NCBI GenBank assembly: GCA_964357615.1
Contig: CAYHMC010000002.1
Location: 7,481-71,480, forward strand
Reading direction: 5' to 3'
DNA from: an uncultured Candidatus Saccharibacteria bacterium
GTDB taxonomy: Bacteria; Patescibacteriota; Minisyncoccia; UBA6257; JACOXY01
Length of the DNA stretch: 64,000 nucleotides
A program made the translations under genes and the position numbers. Numbering within the stretch: the first letter of the stretch is position 1; the number at the start of each line of letters is the position of its first letter. The notes below the pieces were generated by a model. That model was not told the DNA's origin, did not search any database, and worked only from the letters and a program-made list of their open reading frames with translations. This document shows, one piece after another, positions 29,854 through 37,677 of the stretch.

Positions 29854-30237
29854 ATGCCAAGAAAAAATACGGGAAGCAAAAAAGATAAGGAAATTAAAAA
29901 AATTTTAACAGAATTCGAAGCATTAGACATGAGTGAAATTTCTAGAAGAATGCATGAAGACCAAAGAAAAAGAATAGATAAGAAAAATAGAGAAAGACAA
30001 GAATTATTGGATAGTTTTGATAAAGAATTAGAAACTGGTTCTAAATGTCGAGTATGCACTAATTCTATAGTTGAAAAAAGAACACGAAAATTTGAGCGCA
30101 GAACTGGTACTGAATTAATTGGCGGTTGTGGATCAGCAATGGGAGAATTACCTCCAATTTCGTATAAAAGCAAATATTATTGTAGAAATTGCAGAATAAA
30201 GTACGAACCACCACTTCCAAAAAAATCCCGCACATAA
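29854..30237 (+). CDS. Small highly basic zinc-ribbon protein (hypothetical, possible nucleic-acid binding)
   Basis: 127 aa, K/R-rich. It has two Cys pairs (CRVC...GGC and CRNCRIKY). It has its own promoter-like element, an SD and a terminator. Confidence 0.4.
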   Translation: MPRKNTGSKKDKEIKKILTEFEALDMSEISRRMHEDQRKRIDKKNRERQELLDSFDKELETGSKCRVCTNSIVEKRTRKFERRTGTELIGGCGSAMGELPPISYKSKYYCRNCRIKYEPPLPKKSRT

Positions 30238-30255
30238 TGTGCGGTTTTATTTTTT
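30228..30255 (+). terminator. Rho-independent terminator (stop codon in loop)
   Basis: ccgcaca-TAA-tgtgcgg followed by TTTTATTTTTT. The loop TAA is the stop codon at 30235-30237. Confidence 0.55.
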
Positions 30256-30329
30256 ACTTATGATTTTTATAAGAAGAAACAAAAAAGATCAAAAAAATAA
30301 CGGCCTTACCCGTTATTTTTCAACTTATA

Positions 30330-30707
30330 CTAATTATTTTTTTCAAGTGTGCTTCTAACTTTTTCAATTACATCATCTAAGTTTAGGGTTGCTTTAACTA
30401 AATAAAATGCTGGCTCGTATTTTGTAACATCAGCCATTATTTTATCATCAGGAACTCGATTTGTAAGAACAATAATTTTAAATTTTTTACCAACTGCGTC
30501 AGCGCGAAGTTTTTCCATAACTTCCAATCCGCTCATTTTAGGCATAAGCAAATCAAGAAGTATTAAATCTGGTTTTTCTGCAAGCGCTACAGCCAAACCC
30601 TCTTGTCCATCTTTGGCTTCAAGAACTTCAAATCCCTCGTTTAATAATGTATCAACTAAAGCAGTCCTAAGCGGAGTCTCATCTTCAACTATTAATATTT
30701 TTGCCAT
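30330..30707 (-). CDS. Response regulator, receiver domain only (CheY-like)
   Basis: 125 aa. It has the acid pocket (ILIVEDE), the phospho-acceptor region (LILLDLLMP) and the conserved KIIVLT. There is no output domain. Confidence 0.8.
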   Translation of the reverse strand: MAKILIVEDETPLRTALVDTLLNEGFEVLEAKDGQEGLAVALAEKPDLILLDLLMPKMSGLEVMEKLRADAVGKKFKIIVLTNRVPDDKIMADVTKYEPAFYLVKATLNLDDVIEKVRSTLEKNN

Positions 30708-30711
30708 AAAT

Positions 30712-31989
30712 TTATATCTCTGTTGTAGTTTCTATGACCTTTGTACCAGAACGCGATTTCATTCCGCTAAGTGGGATTGAAACATAAAAAGCTGTGCCAC
30801 ACTCTTCTTCGGTTCCATCTTCGCGCTTACGAACCGCTACTGGCGACTTAAAGCTAATTGTACCACCAGACGCTTCTACTGTCGACTTAACGATATAAAG
30901 GCCCAAACCATTCCCTTCTATGTCTTTTGTTTTTACATTATCAGCCCTATACATCTTTTCAAAAATCTTATGTTGCTCTCTTTGGGGTATACCATAACCA
31001 GTGTCAGAAATAATTATCAATGCATTTCCTTCATCCCTTCCAATTTCTAATGTTACTTTCCCTTTGTCGGGTGTATATTTTACTGCATTTGAAAGAATAT
31101 TTTGAAATACCATCCAAATAATTTTTGGATCTGCATTTAATGAAGGAGGTGCATTATCATAATTCTTTTCAAGAACAATATTTTTTTCCTGAATTTTTGC
31201 TGTAAGCTCACTTAAAACACCTTCGGCGATTCCCGGCAAACTAATAACCTCGGGCACAATTGAATATGTTCCCATTTCAATGCGAGACACATCAAGAAGA
31301 GCATTCACGAGATTAATAACCCTCTTCACGCTTAATTCAATTTCTTCTAAATATTGAGCTTGCTTGTGATTTAACTCACCAACGCGACTAGACAAAAGCA
31401 TTTGTGCATACCAATTTATAATAGAAAGTGGGGTATTTAATTGATGGGATACGAGCGACACGAATTCACCGCGAACCCTATCTGATTCCATTCTCTCTGC
31501 TATGTCTTGATGTATAGAACCATAATATAAAACCCTTTCTGCAGATTTTATAGGAAATACAGAAAAATGTGTTTCGTATTCCGCTCCATCTTTTTTTCTA
31601 TTTATTATTTCTTCAGTCACAAAAGATTCACCAGAATTTAATTTATCCCACATTCTCTTAAACACAACTATGGGAGTTCTTGCACTTCTAAGAATTCTCG
31701 GGCTCTTGCCTTGAACTTCAGTTAAACTAAAGCCGGTTAATTTTTCCCAAGCATGATTTACATAAACAATGTTCCCATCCAAATCTGTAACTAGTGTTGC
31801 TTCGGTGGACGCCTCAATAAGCGTCTGAAAAATAGGCTCAGAATTTCCCTCGCTTCCACGAGATGTTAGAAGGTCACGAAGGTCAGAAAGAGCTTTATCT
31901 CTTTCGTTTTTTACTGATTGAAGCGCTTTGTACAACTCTCCAATTCCTTTATCGTCAGAAGTAAATTCTTCCATATTATATTGTAACAA
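30712..31989 (-). CDS. Cytoplasmic PAS-domain sensor histidine kinase
   Basis: 425 aa with no TM segment. PAS region (ATLVTDLDGNIVYVNHAWEKLTGFS). H-box (LVSHQLNTPLS). N/G boxes (ILSNAVKYT, ISDTGYGIP, GNGLGLYIV). It is 4 nt upstream of the receiver gene. Confidence 0.8.
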   Translation of the reverse strand: MLQYNMEEFTSDDKGIGELYKALQSVKNERDKALSDLRDLLTSRGSEGNSEPIFQTLIEASTEATLVTDLDGNIVYVNHAWEKLTGFSLTEVQGKSPRILRSARTPIVVFKRMWDKLNSGESFVTEEIINRKKDGAEYETHFSVFPIKSAERVLYYGSIHQDIAERMESDRVRGEFVSLVSHQLNTPLSIINWYAQMLLSSRVGELNHKQAQYLEEIELSVKRVINLVNALLDVSRIEMGTYSIVPEVISLPGIAEGVLSELTAKIQEKNIVLEKNYDNAPPSLNADPKIIWMVFQNILSNAVKYTPDKGKVTLEIGRDEGNALIIISDTGYGIPQREQHKIFEKMYRADNVKTKDIEGNGLGLYIVKSTVEASGGTISFKSPVAVRKREDGTEEECGTAFYVSIPLSGMKSRSGTKVIETTTEI

Positions 31990-32091
31990 ATTAACTATCG
32001 TATCTCTATAAATTTATCTAATACTAATAATTGACCCGATATAATTTGTGAGCTATCTTAATCTTAGCTCTTGATAATATCGGAGGGTTAG

Positions 32092-32430
32092 ATGAAAAAA
32101 TTAGTTCGAAAAACGACTCTTTATATTTGCGAGGTATGTAAAACTGAATACACCAAGAAAAAAGATGCTTTAAAATGTGAGGCAAAATTATTAGAAAGAA
32201 AAGTTTTTCACGCTGGTGATATAGTTAGAAACAAAAATAAACGAACTTGCTCCCAGAAAATGAAAAAGTATATATTAAAAGGTAAAGTTGTTAGAGTACT
32301 TGGACCAATATCAATATCGGATAATAGAAATCATATTTTTCAATATGAAATTAAATACATATGTCCAGCGTGCAATCAAGAAAAACAAGCCCTTTATAAC
32401 GCCTCAGAATTAAAATTAATTCCCCGATGA
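32092..32430 (+). CDS. Small zinc-ribbon protein (hypothetical)
   Basis: 112 aa. It has CEVC...C near the N-terminus and CPAC near the C-terminus. A terminator hairpin overlaps the stop. Confidence 0.4.
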   Translation: MKKLVRKTTLYICEVCKTEYTKKKDALKCEAKLLERKVFHAGDIVRNKNKRTCSQKMKKYILKGKVVRVLGPISISDNRNHIFQYEIKYICPACNQEKQALYNASELKLIPR

Positions 32431-32448
32431 TGTTCTCATCGGTTTTTT
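32424..32448 (+). terminator. Rho-independent terminator (stop codon in stem)
   Basis: ccgatga-TGTTC-tcatcgg followed by TTTTTT. The TGA stop at 32428-32430 lies within the 5' stem. Confidence 0.55.
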
Positions 32449-32550
32449 ATTATCTAATAAAATGTTTTAATAAAAATATGGAGCAGAAAAATTTAAAAAA
32501 TATATCCCTTACAAAGTTAAATTCACTTAATGCTTTTAATAAAATAGAAT

Positions 32551-33459
32551 ATGAGAATTGAATCACTTGTTAAAAATAAAGCCAAAAAATATACTAATCA
32601 CGATCTACTTCGTGCGGGATATATTCCTCTTGATAAGTCATGGATAATTCGCATGGGTGTCTTAGACATCATAAATGGATATGATGATATAAAAAAATTT
32701 CTAAGCGAACAAGATATGCTTAGCGACGATCTTTTGGCTTTAAAACGAGCATATGAAAGCTGGGATACAAATCGACCAATAAATGTCGGTGAATCTGGAA
32801 CCTTATTTCGCTTTCTTCAATTTGCTTCATGGAAATTAAAACTAAATAAAAAATTTGTTTTGTGTGGAACACTCAAAAAAAGAAATGTTATAAGAAATAA
32901 AAACATTATAAATCTTTCTTTGGATAAACTACTAAAATTAGATAGTGGAACTTCGCAATGGGCATCAGCTTCTGTTTTGCTTGGTAATAAGAAAAAAATT
33001 AAGAATAAACCCTATAAATTAAAGGCTACATATGAAGCTCTAGGGCACTGGGAAAAACAAAGAAATAAACATATCGCCTGGAAACCAAAGTATGACGAAA
33101 CCATACTTAGACAAACTCAAACTTTTCTAAAATTAATTAAGGGGCGAAAAGTGAAATTTAAACCACAACAAGCCGAGGATTATTGCTTTGCCAGAGTTTT
33201 TGATTTTATTTCAAAAAAAGAAGGTGAGAGAAAATGGCCAAGTTTACGCAATCACGAAAGCGACAGAATAACTGAAATGGAAAAAATGATGGGAAACGCG
33301 AAGCTTAATAAAGTTATCAATTCTCGCGATCACAGAGCGGTACAAGCTATAGTTATGTGGAGTAAAATTAATAAAGTTTCTGTAAAAATTAAACATCCTG
33401 ATGCCGTGAATAAAAGCTGGCCACAATTTTGGAACTTTATTAAATCAGTTTCAATTTAA
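32551..33459 (+). CDS. Miniature EPSP-synthase-like (enolpyruvyl-transferase fold) protein
   Basis: 302 aa. Motifs align to AroA landmarks. LPLDKSWIIRMGVL matches LPGSKSxSNRALLL. LSDDLLALKRA matches DSDDVxxMLxAL. VGESGTLFRFL matches GNAGTAMRPL. The C-terminal SRDHRAVQAIVMWS...HPDAVNKSWPQFWNFI matches NDHRMAMCFSLVA...DPKCTAKTFPDYFEQL. It is about 130 aa shorter than canonical AroA. Confidence 0.45.
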   Translation: MRIESLVKNKAKKYTNHDLLRAGYIPLDKSWIIRMGVLDIINGYDDIKKFLSEQDMLSDDLLALKRAYESWDTNRPINVGESGTLFRFLQFASWKLKLNKKFVLCGTLKKRNVIRNKNIINLSLDKLLKLDSGTSQWASASVLLGNKKKIKNKPYKLKATYEALGHWEKQRNKHIAWKPKYDETILRQTQTFLKLIKGRKVKFKPQQAEDYCFARVFDFISKKEGERKWPSLRNHESDRITEMEKMMGNAKLNKVINSRDHRAVQAIVMWSKINKVSVKIKHPDAVNKSWPQFWNFIKSVSI

Positions 33460-33463
33460 TTTT

Positions 33464-33889
33464 TTATTTTCTTTCGCCAAAAATATCAACTTCGGTTTTG
33501 AGCGCAAGCTCATGCGAACCCTCTCCAAATCCTTGCTTTCTTAAGTCTGCTTCTATGATTTCATGAAATATTCTTCTTTTTTTGTCTTCTATAGAAAGAG
33601 TATCAAGCATGTATATATCAAAACCACGCGTAGCAGTTGATGCACTAAGAAAAATTTCTTCTTGATTACCAGGGCCACTAATATCTTCTTTGGTAACTAA
33701 AATTAATAAAAAATTTATATTGTGATAAGAAAAACTTTCAAAGTCTTCAAACTTTAAATTACTAACTGTTCTTAATGCCTCATCTTTAAGAATCTCTGGT
33801 TCTTTTGTTTTTTCTGTTTCCATTTTGATTTTATAAAACGTAAAATGAATCTTAACCATTATATCACTCAATATTGAAAGATGTAACAA
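33464..33889 (-). CDS. Hypothetical protein
   Basis: 141 aa ORF. The start is probably the internal METEKTK (~33823). No family recognised. Confidence 0.3.
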   Translation of the reverse strand: MLHLSILSDIMVKIHFTFYKIKMETEKTKEPEILKDEALRTVSNLKFEDFESFSYHNINFLLILVTKEDISGPGNQEEIFLSASTATRGFDIYMLDTLSIEDKKRRIFHEIIEADLRKQGFGEGSHELALKTEVDIFGERK

Positions 33890-33932
33890 TTATTGATATA
33901 AAAAGGGTAGATATTTCATAAGGCTGGTTGCT

Positions 33933-34199
33933 ATGCATAAATTTAATGCTATCTTATTTGCTTGGTGGTTTTTAATTCAAGGATTCAACACCAGGTTCGA
34001 TTCAATGGTTTCTTCAACAATTGTCGGACCATTTCCAAATTTAGCAACGTGTAGAGAAGTAAAAAAAATCTCACTTTCGAATAGCAACGGCAATGCATTA
34101 GCTACGGCCTGCTGGTCTGATTCAGTATTAGAATACAACCAAGAAGAAGATAAGAATCCAAAGAAAAAAGCCCCAAAAAATCAAGGGCTTTTTATTTAG
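33933..34199 (+). CDS. Hypothetical small protein
   Basis: 88 aa with a hydrophobic N-terminus. A hairpin plus T-run overlaps its 3' end (aaagccc...gggcttttt). Confidence 0.25.
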   Translation: MHKFNAILFAWWFLIQGFNTRFDSMVSSTIVGPFPNLATCREVKKISLSNSNGNALATACWSDSVLEYNQEEDKNPKKKAPKNQGLFI

Positions 34200-34210
34200 T
34201 TACGGAAAAA

Positions 34211-35185
34211 TTAAATATTTCTATCTACACCGTGTAGAGTATCGTAAATATTCAAAATTGCTTTTACTGCGTCTCCTGATGAAATGTTATTTTGCTTGTA
34301 AAATACATCCGAAATATCTCCCGCTGCCCAAATACCTGAAGTGGCAAGTTGCGTTTTGTGATTAACTACTACTTCTTTAAGTTTATTTAAACTTATACCA
34401 GAAATATCTTTTACTAAATCAGAATTTGGATCCGACCCAATTTCAACAAAAACTCCATCTAACTTAATCTCGCCTTCTTCGTTTGTTTTATTGTTTTTTA
34501 TTTTAATACCAGTAACATTTTTACCTGCCTGCACGGTCAGGTCGCCCAAAACTTCTGTAATCTCTGTATTGTATAAAATTTCTACTTTAGAAGAGTTCTT
34601 GGCCGCGTCTTGGCTAACTGCATCCCCTCGAAGTTCACCGCCTCGAACTAAAAGATAAATTTTTGATACATAAGGCAATCCATCACGAACACCTTCGAGT
34701 CCTGCGTTTCCACCGCCAACAATCGCAACAACTTTATCTTTAAAAAGTGGGATATCGCAGGTACTACAATATGCCACCCCATGACCATCAAATTCTTTTT
34801 CGCCCGGCACACCAAGTTTTCTCCTATGACTTCCATTTGTAAGCAATAAGTATTTTGTTTCGATTGACTCTCCACTTGAAAGCAAAACCTTAAATCCTGC
34901 CTGCGCAGGCAGGCCATCTTTTTCTCCAGTCCTTTCAATTTTTTCTACACGAACTCCATCTTTAATTTCGATGTCTTCTTGAGCTCGCAAATGAGCTTCT
35001 AGGTTTTGAGCTAAATCAAATCCAGAAATTGATTTTGTTCCAATCCAGTTTTGAATATCGGCTGAAGTTATTGATTGTCCGCCAAAACTTTCTGCAATTA
35101 ATATTGTTTTTATTTTTTTGCGAGCCGCATAAATTCCGGCTGACACTCCGGCAGGGCCACCACCAATTATTGTAAGTTCATACAT
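34211..35185 (-). CDS. trxB: Thioredoxin reductase
   Basis: 324 aa. FAD site IIGGGPAGVSAGIYAA. Redox-active CSTCD (CxxC). NADPH site IVGGGNAGLEG. It is the last gene of a minus-strand operon. Confidence 0.85.
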   Translation of the reverse strand: MYELTIIGGGPAGVSAGIYAARKKIKTILIAESFGGQSITSADIQNWIGTKSISGFDLAQNLEAHLRAQEDIEIKDGVRVEKIERTGEKDGLPAQAGFKVLLSSGESIETKYLLLTNGSHRRKLGVPGEKEFDGHGVAYCSTCDIPLFKDKVVAIVGGGNAGLEGVRDGLPYVSKIYLLVRGGELRGDAVSQDAAKNSSKVEILYNTEITEVLGDLTVQAGKNVTGIKIKNNKTNEEGEIKLDGVFVEIGSDPNSDLVKDISGISLNKLKEVVVNHKTQLATSGIWAAGDISDVFYKQNNISSGDAVKAILNIYDTLHGVDRNI

Positions 35186-35235
35186 AGTGAGTTTAAGTTT
35201 AATATAAAACTCAATCTACGCAAGGAGGTTGGGAG

Positions 35236-36063
35236 CTATTTTGTACAAACTTGCCCGGGACCATCTGTGATAGTGTTGCAGGTTAAAAAATTTGGACAAT
35301 CACTGTTAGTTTTGCAAGGTATTTCACAGCTTTGAAATGCAGGTATTTGAGGCCCTGCTATTCCGTAATAACTTACACATTGCATTGGTGATGGACATTT
35401 ATTAGCGGATTTGCAGGATGAATGGAGCAAAGATAGATCATGGTTAATTGATTTAACTGAAAGAACGATAATTTTAAGAAGTTCCGAAATTTTTTCATTA
35501 GAATCATAGCCTTGCTCCCACAAATCAGAATCTTGACCAGAAGAAATAAGTACAATTTTATTATCAATCTTTCTAATAAACTCAGAACCTAGAAATCCCT
35601 CATATTCCACAGGAACTTGACCATCCAATTCAAGCATTGGGATGCCATTATAATTTATAAGTTTGTATGTATTTGCCTTTGTTAGATTAAGATTTTTATC
35701 GTCTATATTTTTCTTAAACCAATCTATTAGCGATAGATCAGTTTTAGAAATAAACAACTGTGTGGTTAACCCTAAATGAAAACTTGTTCCAAGTATATCA
35801 CCAGTTTCTTCAACATTCTTTAAGGGTTCAAACTGAGGATACATAAACTCAATTCCATATTTTTCACTTCTGTATGTTTTCCAGTTCGATGTATCAGTGG
35901 ACTTAGTGTCACTCTTAACTGACTGCAGGCTCTCTTGAATGCAAATTGTATGAAGTTCAATTTTATCTTTTTCAATTTCAAATAAAATTCGAGAACCAAT
36001 CACGGCAATAATTACCAATGTCCAAATAAATAAACGACGAGGATAAATTTTGCGAAGAAGCAT
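35236..36063 (-). CDS. Secreted/membrane-anchored protein with WKTYxSEKYGIEFMYP core domain and C-terminal Cys-rich module (paralog A)
   Basis: 275 aa with an N-terminal signal anchor. Its core is homologous to the adjacent gene. The C-terminal 60 aa carry 10 Cys (CKSANKCPSPMQCVSYYG...CEIPCKTNSDCPNFLTCNT...QVCTK). Confidence 0.5.
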   Translation of the reverse strand: MLLRKIYPRRLFIWTLVIIAVIGSRILFEIEKDKIELHTICIQESLQSVKSDTKSTDTSNWKTYRSEKYGIEFMYPQFEPLKNVEETGDILGTSFHLGLTTQLFISKTDLSLIDWFKKNIDDKNLNLTKANTYKLINYNGIPMLELDGQVPVEYEGFLGSEFIRKIDNKIVLISSGQDSDLWEQGYDSNEKISELLKIIVLSVKSINHDLSLLHSSCKSANKCPSPMQCVSYYGIAGPQIPAFQSCEIPCKTNSDCPNFLTCNTITDGPGQVCTK

Positions 36064-36066
36064 AAA

Positions 36067-36843
36067 CTATTTGTTAGTTGGTTCAAAAAATTTGAAAGAT
36101 GATACAATATCATTTTGAAGAGCTTTTATTGACTTTGGCGTTCCATATCCGTAGGCAGGAAGATTATGGCTTTGAAAATTATGTGAAAATATTAATACAA
36201 AATTTTTAGAATCAGGCATAATATAGTTATAGGCCAATATTTTTGGAAAATCCTCATTGGCGGTTGGGAACTCTTCTTCTGTTGGATATCGATCCATCTG
36301 CAGGAAAGATCCACCCTCAACCCTCAAAAGAGTGTAAATATTATTTTTAATTAGTTTGCCGTTATAATCTTCATTTTTATTAAACCACTGCGTCAAATTA
36401 AGATTTTCGTCATTTTTTTCTACAAAAAAAGTAAGCTGATCATCTATGCTAATTTCAGAATCATATTGAGTAATATTCTTAAAGGAACTTGGGTATTTAA
36501 ATTCGAACCCATACTTTTCATTGCGATAAGTTTTCCACCCTTGTACTGAGTTTGCCGAAGTAGTTGAGGTATATACTGATGAAGAAGCATTTAATCTATT
36601 ACCAACCGGTCTCCAAACATTTTGGAAATTTGGAGGGCAACTTGCATCGCACTTTGAAAGTCTACATGCCACACCAGTGCTATTTTCGCATTCTTCTTTC
36701 GTTCCATAAATTGTGGAAAGCTCTATTATTTGTGAATCCAAGATACTTATTAAGAAGATAGTGGAAATTCCAACAAGAGCTATAACTATTGCCACAATAA
36801 TTATTACTGAAGAAAATCCGGTATTTTTTTTAATTTTTAACAT
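36067..36843 (-). CDS. Secreted/membrane-anchored paralog B: Cys-rich module N-terminal, WKTYRNEKYGFEFKYP core C-terminal
   Basis: 258 aa with an N-terminal signal anchor. The Cys-rich segment follows directly (KEECENSTGVACRLSKCDASCPPNF). The core shares WKTYR.EKYG.EF.YP and an NLNLT motif with paralog A. Confidence 0.5.
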   Translation of the reverse strand: MLKIKKNTGFSSVIIIVAIVIALVGISTIFLISILDSQIIELSTIYGTKEECENSTGVACRLSKCDASCPPNFQNVWRPVGNRLNASSSVYTSTTSANSVQGWKTYRNEKYGFEFKYPSSFKNITQYDSEISIDDQLTFFVEKNDENLNLTQWFNKNEDYNGKLIKNNIYTLLRVEGGSFLQMDRYPTEEEFPTANEDFPKILAYNYIMPDSKNFVLIFSHNFQSHNLPAYGYGTPKSIKALQNDIVSSFKFFEPTNK

Positions 36844-36860
36844 TTAGCCTAAGAAATAAA

Positions 36861-37091
36861 CTACTTCAACTTAAGTGCTTCTTTAAGAGCAGAGCGATTA
36901 AAGCCAACATAGATCTCTCCATCTATATCTATTACGGGCACTCCCTTCTGATTAGATTTCTCAAACATTTCTTCGCGAGCTTTTGCATCTTCAATTACAT
37001 TAATTTCTTGAACTTGAAAATTATTTTCTGTAAAAAATTCTTTTGCCATTTTACAGTATGCACAATTTGGAGTTGAGTAAATTTTTACCAT
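36861..37091 (-). CDS. Glutaredoxin-like protein (NrdH/Grx family)
   Basis: 76 aa. It has VKIYSTPNCAYCKMAKEFF (CxxC in a thioredoxin fold) and a GVPVIDIDGE-type C-terminus. Confidence 0.75.
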   Translation of the reverse strand: MVKIYSTPNCAYCKMAKEFFTENNFQVQEINVIEDAKAREEMFEKSNQKGVPVIDIDGEIYVGFNRSALKEALKLK

Positions 37092-37138
37092 AGTTTAATT
37101 ATAAAACATAATTTTTATAGAGCAAGGGTCACATAAGC

Positions 37139-37555
37139 TCATATCTGCTTTTTTCCTTTGGTAATTAGAAGTACTAAAGCAGCAGAGCCACCAAAAAGCC
37201 CTATATCTCTAAAAGTGACGGTATCGATTCCCACAAGCAATATAATGCTTGCAAATTCAAGCGAGGAAAGAAGCGAAGCTACTAAAACTAAAATTCTTGG
37301 AGAGAAGGATACGAGAAAAATCAACGCCATGATAATTTCGCCTCCACCATGTATGCGCATATATATCTCAAGTGGAATAACAGCCGACAATATATCTGCC
37401 ATCCAACCAGGCAAAAAACCAATCCAACCGCTTGGATCTAAAATCATTCCAGAGCCGGAATATAGATATGTTATACCGAGTCCAAGCCTAAGAGACCATT
37501 CAGGAGTAAGTTTATCGAGTAACTTATATAAATATCCAATCACGATAGTAAACAT
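37139..37555 (-). CDS. DoxX-like small membrane protein
   Basis: 138 aa with 4 predicted TM helices. The pattern LRLGLGITYLYSG....GGGEIIMAL resembles the DoxX family. It is the first gene of the trxB operon. Confidence 0.45.
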   Translation of the reverse strand: MFTIVIGYLYKLLDKLTPEWSLRLGLGITYLYSGSGMILDPSGWIGFLPGWMADILSAVIPLEIYMRIHGGGEIIMALIFLVSFSPRILVLVASLLSSLEFASIILLVGIDTVTFRDIGLFGGSAALVLLITKGKKQI

Positions 37556-37677
37556 ATAATAAATTATAACATGCTCTGCTTAATATAATTTAATTTTTAT
37601 GTATTTTAAAAATACTTAAGCGCATTCATATAACTTGCAAACTAGCCATGAAAAAGATAGAGTGAAAGCAATAAGCT

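Noticed and set aside
37158-37559. 133-aa plus-strand ORF
   Set aside because: It is exactly antisense to the DoxX-like membrane protein gene. The hydrophobic-helix periodicity favours the minus-strand frame.
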